The position numbers and the translations under genes are program-made. A stretch of DNA of 40,546 nt, from assembly GCA_011371455.1 (NCBI GenBank), contig DRQN01000076.1, forward strand, positions 1 through 40,546, read 5' to 3'. Origin of the DNA: Gammaproteobacteria bacterium. Its GTDB lineage: Bacteria; Pseudomonadota; Gammaproteobacteria; SZUA-152. The notes below the pieces were generated by a model that saw only the letters and a list, made by a program, of their open reading frames with translations, did not search any database and had not been told where the DNA came from. Below are positions 1 through 9,915 of the stretch, in pieces; position 1 is the stretch's first letter; the number at the start of each line of letters is the position of its first letter.

Positions 1-97
1 CGTTGCCCAGGGTATTGCCATTGGCGTCGGTCTCGACAAGGGCGGTGAGCTGGCCGCCGGGGCTGTAGTCGTAGCGCAGGGTCTTGTGACGGGCCAT
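1..97 (-). CDS. Partial ORF with YD/RHS-repeat-like sequence, running off the left edge
   Basis: The reverse complement of 1-97 reads MARHKTLRYDYSPGGQLTALVETDANGNTLGN, matching YD-repeat spacing (YxY..GQLT....D.NG). Only 32 codons are visible and the start is uncertain. Confidence 0.5.
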   Translation of the reverse strand, partial: MARHKTLRYDYSPGGQLTALVETDANGNTLGN

Positions 98-115
98 GGC
101 AGACAAAGGAGGTTG

Positions 116-505
116 GTGATGTTGATATTGAAGCGGAATCAATGGAAGAAGGGGGTTGTGGGTGCGGTGGCCGGTGTGGTGATGTTGGGTGCCGGGGGGG
201 TGAGTGCTGGAGCGGTGTGGATTAGCGGGGTGAAGGTTGTTCAGACGCTCAGTGATGCGGGGGCTTATGGCGACTGCATGGCTCACATGAGCAAGCCGAT
301 CAGCGACTATATCAGCGGTTGTCCCGGTAATGGCTGGGTGACCTTCAGCTGTGACGGCACCTACAACAGCAAGGACGCCGGGCAGCGCAAGTTCGAATCG
401 GCGCAATTGGCCCTGGCGCTGGGCTACCGGGTCAGTCTCCTTGTGGATAACACCAAGAAACACAATGGGTATTGTTACGCGCGACGCATAGATATCTACA
501 AGTAG
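116..505 (+). CDS. Small secreted hypothetical protein with 4 Cys
   Basis: AGGAGG RBS at 107-112 before in-frame GTG116/ATG119. Basic N-terminus, hydrophobic stretch and VSA/AGA cleavage-like site. Mature part has four Cys and ends LALALGYRVSLLVD...CYARRIDIYK. Confidence 0.8.
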   Translation: MMLILKRNQWKKGVVGAVAGVVMLGAGGVSAGAVWISGVKVVQTLSDAGAYGDCMAHMSKPISDYISGCPGNGWVTFSCDGTYNSKDAGQRKFESAQLALALGYRVSLLVDNTKKHNGYCYARRIDIYK

Positions 506-725
506 CGGCCATGCTGGGTATCCATGCAAATTGCCTGGACGATAGCACAGCCTTTTGCGCCGTCTCTCTTCGTTATCCTGCCAGCATCCGGCCAGGACAC
601 TGAGGGTTGATCTCCGGCGTAATGCGCTTTGGTTGTTTGGTTCCGGCTTGTGCATCCTGCCGTTGTCTGCCGGGGTGCATGGGGTGTTTGGAGAAATGCC
701 GGCTTTTCAGGCTTGGGGACGGGAT

Positions 726-2816
726 ATGAAAAACGGAATGGAACGCCGGTTTTGCGGCCGTGAATCCGGGCGGGTCGCGCGGAGGGCGGCATTTTTATTG
801 ACGCTCACGGTACTCTGCCTGGGGTTGCCGGTCACTTCGGTGTTGGCCGCCGCCGTCGATACCGCCCGTGTGCAGGGCGTCGCCTGGCTGCTGCAGGCGC
901 AGAACCGGGATGGCAGCTGGGGTGTGGCGGCGGGTGAGGATGGCGCGACGGTCGCCACCACCGCCGAGGCCCTGGCGGCCCTGCGCCATGCCGGCGTCGG
1001 CCACGGGGTGGTCTATTCGCGCGGGCTTTCCTGGCTGGCCAATGCCCGCGCCGGCAGCGTCGATGCCCTGGCGCGCAAGCTCATTGCCCTGGAGGCGGCG
1101 GGCATGGATGCCGCGGCGGCCGGCCTGCCTGACGACCTGTTGGCGTTGCGCAATGCAGGAAAGGGCTGGGGCAGTTTCGGCGATTATCAGAGCGGGGCGC
1201 TGGATACGGCGCTGGCGCTGGAGGCGCTGCGTGTTTCCGGTATCGCTTACCCGGACTCGGGCACTTCACTGGACGTCCTTCGTGAGTTGCAATTGCCTGG
1301 TGACGCTGGCTGGACATTCGGCGCCAAGAGTTCGTCCTCGCCGGGATATATCTTTCCCACCAGTTTTGCCCTGGTGGCGCTCAGCCACTCTGCCGGCAGC
1401 GCGGCCAATATCCGCCGCGGCGTCAACTGGCTGCTGAGCCGGCAGCAGGCCGATGATTCTTTTCTCGATACGGACGGCATCGCCGCGGGGGCCGTTCAGC
1501 AAACGGCGCTGGCCTTGATCGCCCTGCAGGCCGCGGCGGCGGCCAATATCAGCGAGGCGCTGAATGCCGCAACCCGGATGGCGGCGGCGCGTGATTTCCT
1601 GGCGGCCCGACAGGCTGCCGATGGTGGCTGGAATGGCGATGCCCTGCAAACGGCGCTGGCCCTGCGCGCCTTGCCGGCGATGACGCTGCCGGACGGTGAC
1701 GGGGACGGCATTCCCGATGCGGCCGAGCCTTTGCTGGGCACCGATGCCGCCATTGCCGATGGCTGGCTGCTGGTTCAGGATGATCCCGATGGCCTGCGGG
1801 GTTCGTCGTTTGTACGGGAGGCGCTGGTCAATCGCAATTTTGCCTTTACGCCCACTGCCAGTGGTGGCCAGGCGCCGTATGCCTGGGGGCTGGCGGGCGG
1901 GCAGTTGCCGCCGGGTATCGGGCTCGATGCGGCGACGGGCCGCTTGAGTGGCAGGCCCGCCGTGGCGGGGGTCTTTGCGCTCAGTCTTGTCATTACCGAT
2001 GCGGCCGTGAACAGCGTGATCGTGCCGGGGCGGATCCGGGTGCTGGCGGTGAACGAGACCGGCGTGGATACGGATGGCGACGGCATGCCCAGCGTGTGGG
2101 AGTTGCAGCAGGGCTTTGATCCTGTCTCGGCGGGCGACGCCAGCGGGGATGCCGATGGCGATGGCCTGAGCAATCTGCGCGAATACCAGAACGGCACCGA
2201 TCCGCGTTCTTCTTCCGCGGACAGTGATGGCGACGGCATGCCTGACGGGTTTGAAATAGTGCACGGCCTGAATCGCCTCGACGCCGCCGATGCCGCTCTG
2301 GACAAGGACGGCGATGGTGTGGCCAATCTGGCGGAATACCAGCAAGGCCGGAACCCGAGTGTGAATGAGGCGGCGGTGTTTGCGGTGGTGTTGATGGGCG
2401 ATGGCATGGGCGACACGGATAACGATGGTCTGCCGGACAGCTTTGAAAACGCCCATGGCCTGGATTTGAACGTGGACGATGCCGATGGGGACGCCGATGG
2501 CGATGGCCTGAGCAATATCGATGAATACCGCCGCGGCACGCGCCCGGACAGGGCGGATACGGATGGCGATGGCCTGCCCGATGGCTTTGAGGCGCGTCAC
2601 GGGTTCAATCCCCACGATCCGGCCGATGCGGGGCGGGATGCCGATGGCGACGGTTTGAGCAATCTTCAGGAGTTGCAGTGGGGCAGTGATCCCCGCAAGA
2701 CGGACAGCGATGCCGATAACGTGGCGGATGGCGCCGAGGTGAGTGCAGGCAGGAATCCGGCGGTCAACGAGGCGGCGGTGATCCGGCTGCTCTCCGGCGA
2801 CAAGGTGAACCCATGA
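726..2816 (+). CDS. Secreted multidomain protein: prenyltransferase/squalene-cyclase-like QW repeats, putative Ig (He_PIG-like) domain and bacterial TSP3-like Ca-binding repeats
   Basis: Signal-like segment AAFLLTLTVLCLGLPVTSVLAAA. QW-type repeats (WLLQAQNRDGSW, WLLSRQQADDSF, FLAARQAADGGW). Ig motif ASGGQAPYAWGLAGGQLPPGIGLDAATGRLSGRP. Many DxDGDGxxD/N..E...G.DP repeats. Start is uncertain (ORF open from 555; ATG726 or ATG738 preferred). Confidence 0.8.
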   Translation: MKNGMERRFCGRESGRVARRAAFLLTLTVLCLGLPVTSVLAAAVDTARVQGVAWLLQAQNRDGSWGVAAGEDGATVATTAEALAALRHAGVGHGVVYSRGLSWLANARAGSVDALARKLIALEAAGMDAAAAGLPDDLLALRNAGKGWGSFGDYQSGALDTALALEALRVSGIAYPDSGTSLDVLRELQLPGDAGWTFGAKSSSSPGYIFPTSFALVALSHSAGSAANIRRGVNWLLSRQQADDSFLDTDGIAAGAVQQTALALIALQAAAAANISEALNAATRMAAARDFLAARQAADGGWNGDALQTALALRALPAMTLPDGDGDGIPDAAEPLLGTDAAIADGWLLVQDDPDGLRGSSFVREALVNRNFAFTPTASGGQAPYAWGLAGGQLPPGIGLDAATGRLSGRPAVAGVFALSLVITDAAVNSVIVPGRIRVLAVNETGVDTDGDGMPSVWELQQGFDPVSAGDASGDADGDGLSNLREYQNGTDPRSSSADSDGDGMPDGFEIVHGLNRLDAADAALDKDGDGVANLAEYQQGRNPSVNEAAVFAVVLMGDGMGDTDNDGLPDSFENAHGLDLNVDDADGDADGDGLSNIDEYRRGTRPDRADTDGDGLPDGFEARHGFNPHDPADAGRDADGDGLSNLQELQWGSDPRKTDSDADNVADGAEVSAGRNPAVNEAAVIRLLSGDKVNP

Positions 2817-3415
2817 ACAGAGTGCGACCAATTATTGCCGCCTTGTTTGTCGGCTGGGTGTCGGGGGCCGGGTCGTGGTATGTCATCACCAAGGCCCCGG
2901 ATGCTGCCGGGGAGCGGGGGCAGCATGATGCGCTGTCCGCCGGGCCGGATTCGCCCGCCGGTGAGGCCGGGGAGGAGCGGCTGGCCGTTTTTCCGCCGCC
3001 TGCCGAGACGGGGAATTCGCGCGATGTTTCCGTCCGGGCGGTCTTGCCACCGGTGGTCGATGACATGCCGGTGGACATGCCCATGCTGCCGGTGGCGGCC
3101 GGGAATCCGGCGGATGATGGCGTTGTGCAGGATACCGGTGAATTCATCGATGCCGATGATCCGGAGGCCTATGTTGCCTATTTGAATGCCCGCTCCGATG
3201 GCGACACGGTGCAGGATACCGGTGAATTTCTCGATGTCGGGAATCCATTGGCATACGTGGGCGATGACTCTTCGCCCCGGCTGCCCCAGGATACCGGTGA
3301 GTTCATCGATGTCGATGACCCGCAGGCCTATGCGGCCTATTGGGACAGGCAGAGCGATGGCGTGGTGCACGATACGGGAGAGTTCGTCGCGGTCGATGCC
3401 TGGCAGGCGCCGTAG
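2813..3415 (+). CDS. Acidic membrane-anchored or secreted hypothetical protein with four (Q/H)DTGEF repeats
   Basis: ATGA overlap with the upstream stop codon, N-terminal hydrophobic segment, and repeats VQDTGEFIDADDP, VQDTGEFLDVGNP, PQDTGEFIDVDDP, VHDTGEFVAVD. Confidence 0.75.
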   Translation: MNRVRPIIAALFVGWVSGAGSWYVITKAPDAAGERGQHDALSAGPDSPAGEAGEERLAVFPPPAETGNSRDVSVRAVLPPVVDDMPVDMPMLPVAAGNPADDGVVQDTGEFIDADDPEAYVAYLNARSDGDTVQDTGEFLDVGNPLAYVGDDSSPRLPQDTGEFIDVDDPQAYAAYWDRQSDGVVHDTGEFVAVDAWQAP

Positions 3416-3566
3416 GTTTCCGGGAGGCTCCTTGCAGGGGTGCGCTGCCTTCCATGATAGCCATAGCCCCGTAAATAGCCCCGTATCATTTTCACCCCCG
3501 GGGCAGGCCGCGCCCGCGATGAATGATGGCGCGACTGAAAGCCGCAGATGTTGTTCTCCTTTCCCC

Positions 3567-3594
3567 TTGATTTTCAAATATTCATCACTATTAT
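3567..3594 (+). promoter_or_regulatory. Candidate groESL promoter
   Basis: TTGATT-N16-TATTAT in an AT-rich tract abutting CIRCE. The CTTGA -35 is also compatible with sigma32. Confidence 0.5.
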
Positions 3595-3620
3595 TAGCGC
3601 TCACTCGATGCGAGTGCTAA
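3594..3620. promoter_or_regulatory. CIRCE operator (HrcA binding site)
   Basis: TTAGCGCTC-actcgatgc-GAGTGCTAA, one mismatch from TTAGCACTC-N9-GAGTGCTAA, upstream of groES. Confidence 0.92.
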
Positions 3621-3702
3621 TCGCATCCCCCTTTGGCGGGCCGGTGAGCGGCCCGTGGACAACTCTTTTGTAGTAACACCTGTAAATCTGAGGAGATAGT
3701 AA

Positions 3703-3993
3703 ATGAACATTCGTCCTTTGCATGATCGCGTGCTGGTTCGCCGCATGGAGGAGGAGACCACCACCGCGGGTGGTATCGTCCTGCCGGGCTCCGCCGCCGA
3801 GAAGCCCAACCAGGGCGAGGTGTTGGCCGTGGGCAATGGCAAGATCCTGGAAGATGGCAGTGTTCGCCCCATGGACGTGAAGGTTGGTGACAAGGTTCTG
3901 TTCGGTCAGTACGGCGGTACCCCTGTCAAGGTCGACGGCGAAGAGCTGCTGATGATGCGTGAAGAAGACATCCAGGCCGTTATCGAAGGCTGA
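3703..3993 (+). CDS. groES: Co-chaperonin GroES
   Basis: [14 protein letters not shown]...[15 protein letters not shown]; AGGAG RBS. Confidence 0.99.
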   Translation: MNIRPLHDRVLVRRMEEETTTAGGIVLPGSAAEKPNQGEVLAVGNGKILEDGSVRPMDVKVGDKVLFGQYGGTPVKVDGEELLMMREEDIQAVIEG

Positions 3994-4034
3994 TCGCGCT
4001 CCCGCAACTGATTGATCTGTAATACATAATTTAG

Positions 4035-5705
<1,671 letters not shown>

Positions 5706-5743
5706 GCAGCCCTTTGCCCCGGCTGTGATCAGCCGAGTGTAAT

Positions 5744-5776
5744 AGACCCCGCCGGGTGACCGGCGGGGTCTTTTTG
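5744..5776 (+). terminator. Rho-independent terminator of groESL
   Basis: AGACCCCGCCGG-gtga-CCGGCGGGGTCT followed by a T tract. Confidence 0.9.
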
Positions 5777-5862
5777 TAGCGCCTGTCAAAACTGATCAAT
5801 CTCCGCTGTCGTGATAGCCTGATGGCCGGGCCGGAAAAACACATGACCAATGGAGGCGTGGA

Positions 5863-6300
5863 ATGGTTGCATACAAGAGGATTCTGGCGACCCTCGATCA
5901 GGGGCATGATGGTGAGCTGGTGTGCCAGCGGGCCGCCGAGCTGGCGGAAAGATATTCCGCCCAACTGCTATTGTTGCACGTGGTGGAGTATGTACCCATC
6001 GATCTCGGCAGCGAGCTGATGCTGCCGCAGCCGATGGAGATCGAGGAGTCTCTGGTGGCGCGGGCAAAGGATTATCTGGCCGACAAGGTGAAAGCGCTGC
6101 ATGGCATCGACGTCGCTTCGCACGTTGAAGTGGGGGTGACAAAGCTGGAGATCATCCGTTATGCGGATGACAACGATGTGGATCTGATCGTCATCGGTCG
6201 TCATAGCCGGCACGGCATCTTCAGATTGCTGGGCTCCACCGCCAATGCAATTTTGCACAGCGCACACTGTGATGTCCTGGCCGTGAACATCGCGGAGTAG
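5863..6300 (+). CDS. Universal stress protein (UspA family)
   Basis: YKRILATLD at the N-terminus; DLIVIGRHSRHG...LLGSTANAILHSAHCDVLAV. Confidence 0.95.
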   Translation: MVAYKRILATLDQGHDGELVCQRAAELAERYSAQLLLLHVVEYVPIDLGSELMLPQPMEIEESLVARAKDYLADKVKALHGIDVASHVEVGVTKLEIIRYADDNDVDLIVIGRHSRHGIFRLLGSTANAILHSAHCDVLAVNIAE

Positions 6301-6668
6301 CATCTGCTCCCGGGGGAGGCCTGCGGGCAATCCTGTGAGCACCTCCAGGGCTGCCCGGCGCAAGGTTGTCGAGTCTTTGGTCTGTCGTATAGAAATCGAC
6401 AATCGATTCTACTTGATTGCTACGATATCAACGGCTTGGTGCCTTTTCTCTTACCGGTGCATGGCCTCGTGCAAGAGGTGTCCGAAAGTGCCTATTTTTG
6501 CTGCGCAGTAGTACGGGGGACGGCCCGGCGCGGCCTGGACATTTCCGCAGGCCGCCCTTCTTCGCAGTAAAAAATGCTTTGAAATAAGGGGTTTGGGCGA
6601 ATCGGGCGGGCCTGTGGCCACTTGCTTTGGTGCCGGTCGATTAGTTGATCTTTTTTATCAAATATACG

Positions 6669-6698
6669 TTGACACTCGCATTCGGATTGTTCTAGCAT
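6669..6698 (+). promoter_or_regulatory. Candidate sigma70 promoter upstream of the act operon
   Basis: TTGACA-N18-TAGCAT in the AT-rich region between usp and actA. Confidence 0.5.
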
Positions 6699-7054
6699 CG
6701 GTAGCCATAGATATTATCGATATCTAGAAATACCAAGCCAATAAAAATAATCAAATACTAATATAGCTGGCGCTTCAATGTCGGTGCATGCCGGCGGGGG
6801 AGCGCGGTCAGACGACAACAATAACCATCCACGTCTGTCCGCTGAGTCTGGCCAAAAAATAATATTGAGTGAGAGGGGGTATGCCGCGTTAGCGGTCATC
6901 CCAAATATCGCGGCATTGCCCGCGAATCCTGAACATTTCCGAGTTGTACCTAATGGACGCTTTGTTGGTGTTTTTCCAGCAAGGTGGTGGCGTTTCTGTT
7001 TTCGGGTTTTTTCACCCGTGGGGCGGAAATAATCAATATGCACAGAGGGTTGAT

Positions 7055-7669
7055 ATGGCTGTGAATAAGCGAATTCCTGCTCGTAATCGCCGCGGACGCG
7101 TGGGGCTGGCCTGGGCGCTGGGCCTTGTTGCCTGTTTTTTACTGGTCGTGCCTGTGGCCATGGCCGCGAAATACGATGTGGTTGCGCCGGGTGGAAGTCA
7201 CGATGGCGAGGACGTAAAGCAGCCCATCGAGTTTCCGCACGACATTCATGTCAAGGATAACGATATCAACTGCATGTACTGCCACAGCTACGCCCGGCGC
7301 AGCAATGTGGCGGGCATCCCTCCAACCAGCAAGTGCATGGGCTGCCACAAGATGGTGGCGACGGACAAGCCGCGCATCAAGCAGCTGACCGAATATTGGG
7401 AAAACAAGGAATCACCGCCGTGGAAGAAGGTGAATGATTTGCCGGACTTCGTGTATTTCACCCATGAAATACATTTAAAGACGTTGTTGTTCGATCGTGA
7501 GATCCCGGTGGAAGACGTCAAAGAGGTCTGTGCCCTCTGTCACGGGGACGTGGAAAACATGACCGTGGCGAAGAAGGTCAAACCGCTGAACATGGGCTGG
7601 TGTGTCGGTTGTCACATCGAGAATAAAGAGCTGGGCGCGCCGGGCGATTGCTGGAAATGCCACAAGTAG
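7055..7669 (+). CDS. actA: Alternative complex III pentaheme cytochrome c ActA
   Basis: Five CxxCH motifs (CMYCH, CMGCH, CALCH, CVGCH, CWKCH), QPIEFPHDIH and LPDFVYFTHEIH. ATG7055 follows GAGGG. Confidence 0.9.
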   Translation: MAVNKRIPARNRRGRVGLAWALGLVACFLLVVPVAMAAKYDVVAPGGSHDGEDVKQPIEFPHDIHVKDNDINCMYCHSYARRSNVAGIPPTSKCMGCHKMVATDKPRIKQLTEYWENKESPPWKKVNDLPDFVYFTHEIHLKTLLFDREIPVEDVKEVCALCHGDVENMTVAKKVKPLNMGWCVGCHIENKELGAPGDCWKCHK

Positions 7670-7699
7670 CGGCCGCGGGTCGATAGAGTGAGTAAGCTT

Positions 7700-9913
7700 A
7701 TGTCTGTAAAAATGAACCGTAGAAGTTTCATGAAAATGATGGGCTGGGGTGGAGCCGGCACCCTGCTGGCGGGTTGCGACATGCCCAGCACGGTAACCCT
7801 GGAGGAGGGGCGGGAAGAAGTCATTTCCTATCTGTCGCCGGAGGAATATGTGATCCCCGGGGTTGGCGTCTGGTATGCCTCGACGTGCACCCAGTGTGCC
7901 GCCGGCTGCGGCATTCATGGCCGCGTGCGTGAAGGGCGCGTGCTGAAGCTGGAGGGCAACCCCGCCTCGCCGGTCAACAGGGGCAAGCTGTGCCTGATGG
8001 GGCAGGCCGGCGTGCAGAATCATTACAACCCCGATCGCGTCACCACGCCGTTGTTGCGCAGTGGTGGCAGCTTGTCGCCGGTGTCCTGGGAAAAGGCCGA
8101 ACAGGTGCTGGCCGAAAAGCTGGGTGGCGTGACGAGTGGCCGTTTTGCCTGGTTTACCGGCAGCATGAGTGGTCACCAGTTATCGTTGGTCTCCAGTCAT
8201 CTCGATGCCATGGGTTCGGACAAGCACTTCGTGCACGAAGTGGTCAACAACAGTGTCGCACAGGCGGTATATGCCGATATGTTTGGTGATGCGTCACCGC
8301 GCCTGCGTATCGACAAGGCAAGAATGGTGCTGTCGTTTGGCGCCGATTTCATGGGAACCAGTGAATCGCCGCTGCTTTATTCCGGCGACTACACCCGCTT
8401 CCGCACCGGCGACACCCGCGGCCTGCTGGTGCAGGTGGAGCCAAAGATGTCGCTGACCGGTGGCAGCGCGGATCTGTGGATGCCCATCAGGCCGGGCACC
8501 GAGGGCGTGCTGGCGTTGGGTATCGCCAACCTTCTGCTCAACAAACTGAAGATGAGCGACGCCGGCATCCCTGCGGATGTGCGCGCCATGATCAATGACT
8601 ACGACGTGACCTCGGTGGCGCGTATTACCGGCGTCGCGGGCCATCGCATCCAGCGCGTTGCCGCCCTGTTGCAGGAACGTTCGCCGAGCCTGGTGTTGGC
8701 GGGCGCGGCTGTCGAGGGACATACTCATGGTTATGCCTCGACTGCCGCGGTGATGATGATCAACCATATCCTTGGCAACGTTGGCAGGACCATCGAGCCT
8801 GGTGCCCGGATGCCCTTCCCGCAGCTGGCGGCGAAGCGTGGCGGCACGTCGGACCTCGTTGCCTTCGCCGAGGCCGCCAGGGGGCAACAGCTGGATGCAG
8901 TGATCTTTCACGCCAGTAACCCTGTCTATACCGCACCTGCCTCGCTGGGGCTCGAAGAGGGCCTGGCCAATATCGCCTTCAAGGTAGCCATAGCCCAATT
9001 CCCGGACGAGACCGCCATGGCGGCCGATCTGGTGCTGCCGGCAGCATCCTATCTGGAGGACTGGGGCACCCAGGCGCCGGCCTTCCTTGGTGGTGGGGCC
9101 GCGCTGCAGATGCAGCAGCCATTGATGGAAAAGCTGCATGCCGAGACACGGGGATTCGGTGACATCGTGCTGACCCTGCTCAAACAGCGTAGGGACGCCG
9201 GTTTCGAGGCGTTCGAGGACTACTATGGCTATTTGCGCAATGCCTTTGCCGCGCTACCGGCTTCCGTGAAGGACGGTACGGCCAGCGATGAGGCCTTCTG
9301 GAACGGCGCCTTGCAGACTGGCGTGGTGATGCTGCCTGTGGATGTCGCGCCCTTGAAATCCACGGTGGTCGCCTTCGATCCCCCCAGGGGTGGCAATGAC
9401 GCCGCCGATGGCCTGACCCTGATTCCCTCGCCGCGCATGGGCCTGTGGGATGGCCGTCACGCCAATCTGCCCTGGCTGCAGGAGGCGCCGGATCAGATCA
9501 GCAAGGTGGTATGGGACAGCTGGGCGGAGATTCACCCGGAAACCGCGCAGAAAAATGGCATCTCCCAGGGCGATCTAATCAGTGTTAGTTCCGCTCATGG
9601 CGAGATCAGGACGCGCGCTGTTCTGCTCAAGAGCATGCATCGCGATGCCGTGGCGGTGCCGCTGGGCCAGGGGCATGAAGCCTATGGCCGCTACGCGAAA
9701 GGCGTTGGCGTCAATCCGCTGAAGATCATCGATCCGGCCCGGGACGAAAAAACCGGAGAACTGGCCATGTACGCCACCCGGGTCAGCATCAAACGCATTG
9801 CCGGGCCGGAACAGTTTGGACTGGTCAAGGCAGGCGGCAGCGACACACAGGCCGGCCGCAGACTGGTAGTGACGGTGCCGGCTGAGCAGCTCAGACGTAC
9901 GGAGGGGGCGTAA
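7700..9913 (+). CDS. actB1: ACIII subunit B1, molybdopterin-oxidoreductase-like Tat lipoprotein
   Basis: Tat motif NRRSFMK, lipobox LLAGC, CTQCAAGC...KLC Fe-S motif, ADLVLPAASYLEDWG and DGRHANLPWLQEAPD. Alternative starts at 7688 and 7712. Confidence 0.88.
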   Translation: MSVKMNRRSFMKMMGWGGAGTLLAGCDMPSTVTLEEGREEVISYLSPEEYVIPGVGVWYASTCTQCAAGCGIHGRVREGRVLKLEGNPASPVNRGKLCLMGQAGVQNHYNPDRVTTPLLRSGGSLSPVSWEKAEQVLAEKLGGVTSGRFAWFTGSMSGHQLSLVSSHLDAMGSDKHFVHEVVNNSVAQAVYADMFGDASPRLRIDKARMVLSFGADFMGTSESPLLYSGDYTRFRTGDTRGLLVQVEPKMSLTGGSADLWMPIRPGTEGVLALGIANLLLNKLKMSDAGIPADVRAMINDYDVTSVARITGVAGHRIQRVAALLQERSPSLVLAGAAVEGHTHGYASTAAVMMINHILGNVGRTIEPGARMPFPQLAAKRGGTSDLVAFAEAARGQQLDAVIFHASNPVYTAPASLGLEEGLANIAFKVAIAQFPDETAMAADLVLPAASYLEDWGTQAPAFLGGGAALQMQQPLMEKLHAETRGFGDIVLTLLKQRRDAGFEAFEDYYGYLRNAFAALPASVKDGTASDEAFWNGALQTGVVMLPVDVAPLKSTVVAFDPPRGGNDAADGLTLIPSPRMGLWDGRHANLPWLQEAPDQISKVVWDSWAEIHPETAQKNGISQGDLISVSSAHGEIRTRAVLLKSMHRDAVAVPLGQGHEAYGRYAKGVGVNPLKIIDPARDEKTGELAMYATRVSIKRIAGPEQFGLVKAGGSDTQAGRRLVVTVPAEQLRRTEGA

Positions 9914-9915
9914 TC

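Noticed and set aside
1266-2831. 521-aa and other long antisense ORFs over the TSP3 protein gene
   Set aside because: Shadow frames of a GC-rich repetitive gene with no recognisable motifs.
2060-3400. Repeated DNA units as a possible CRISPR array
   Set aside because: The repeats are in-frame, degenerate at third codon positions, lack unique spacers and have no cas genes nearby.
6413-6661. TTGAT...ATCAA pairs as FNR boxes
   Set aside because: The spacers are 9 and 7 bp, not the 4 bp FNR requires; kept only as unexplained palindromes.
6492-7043. Short ORFs (68-109 aa) between usp and actA
   Set aside because: No clear RBS or motifs, AT-rich regulatory-looking DNA and mutually overlapping frames.
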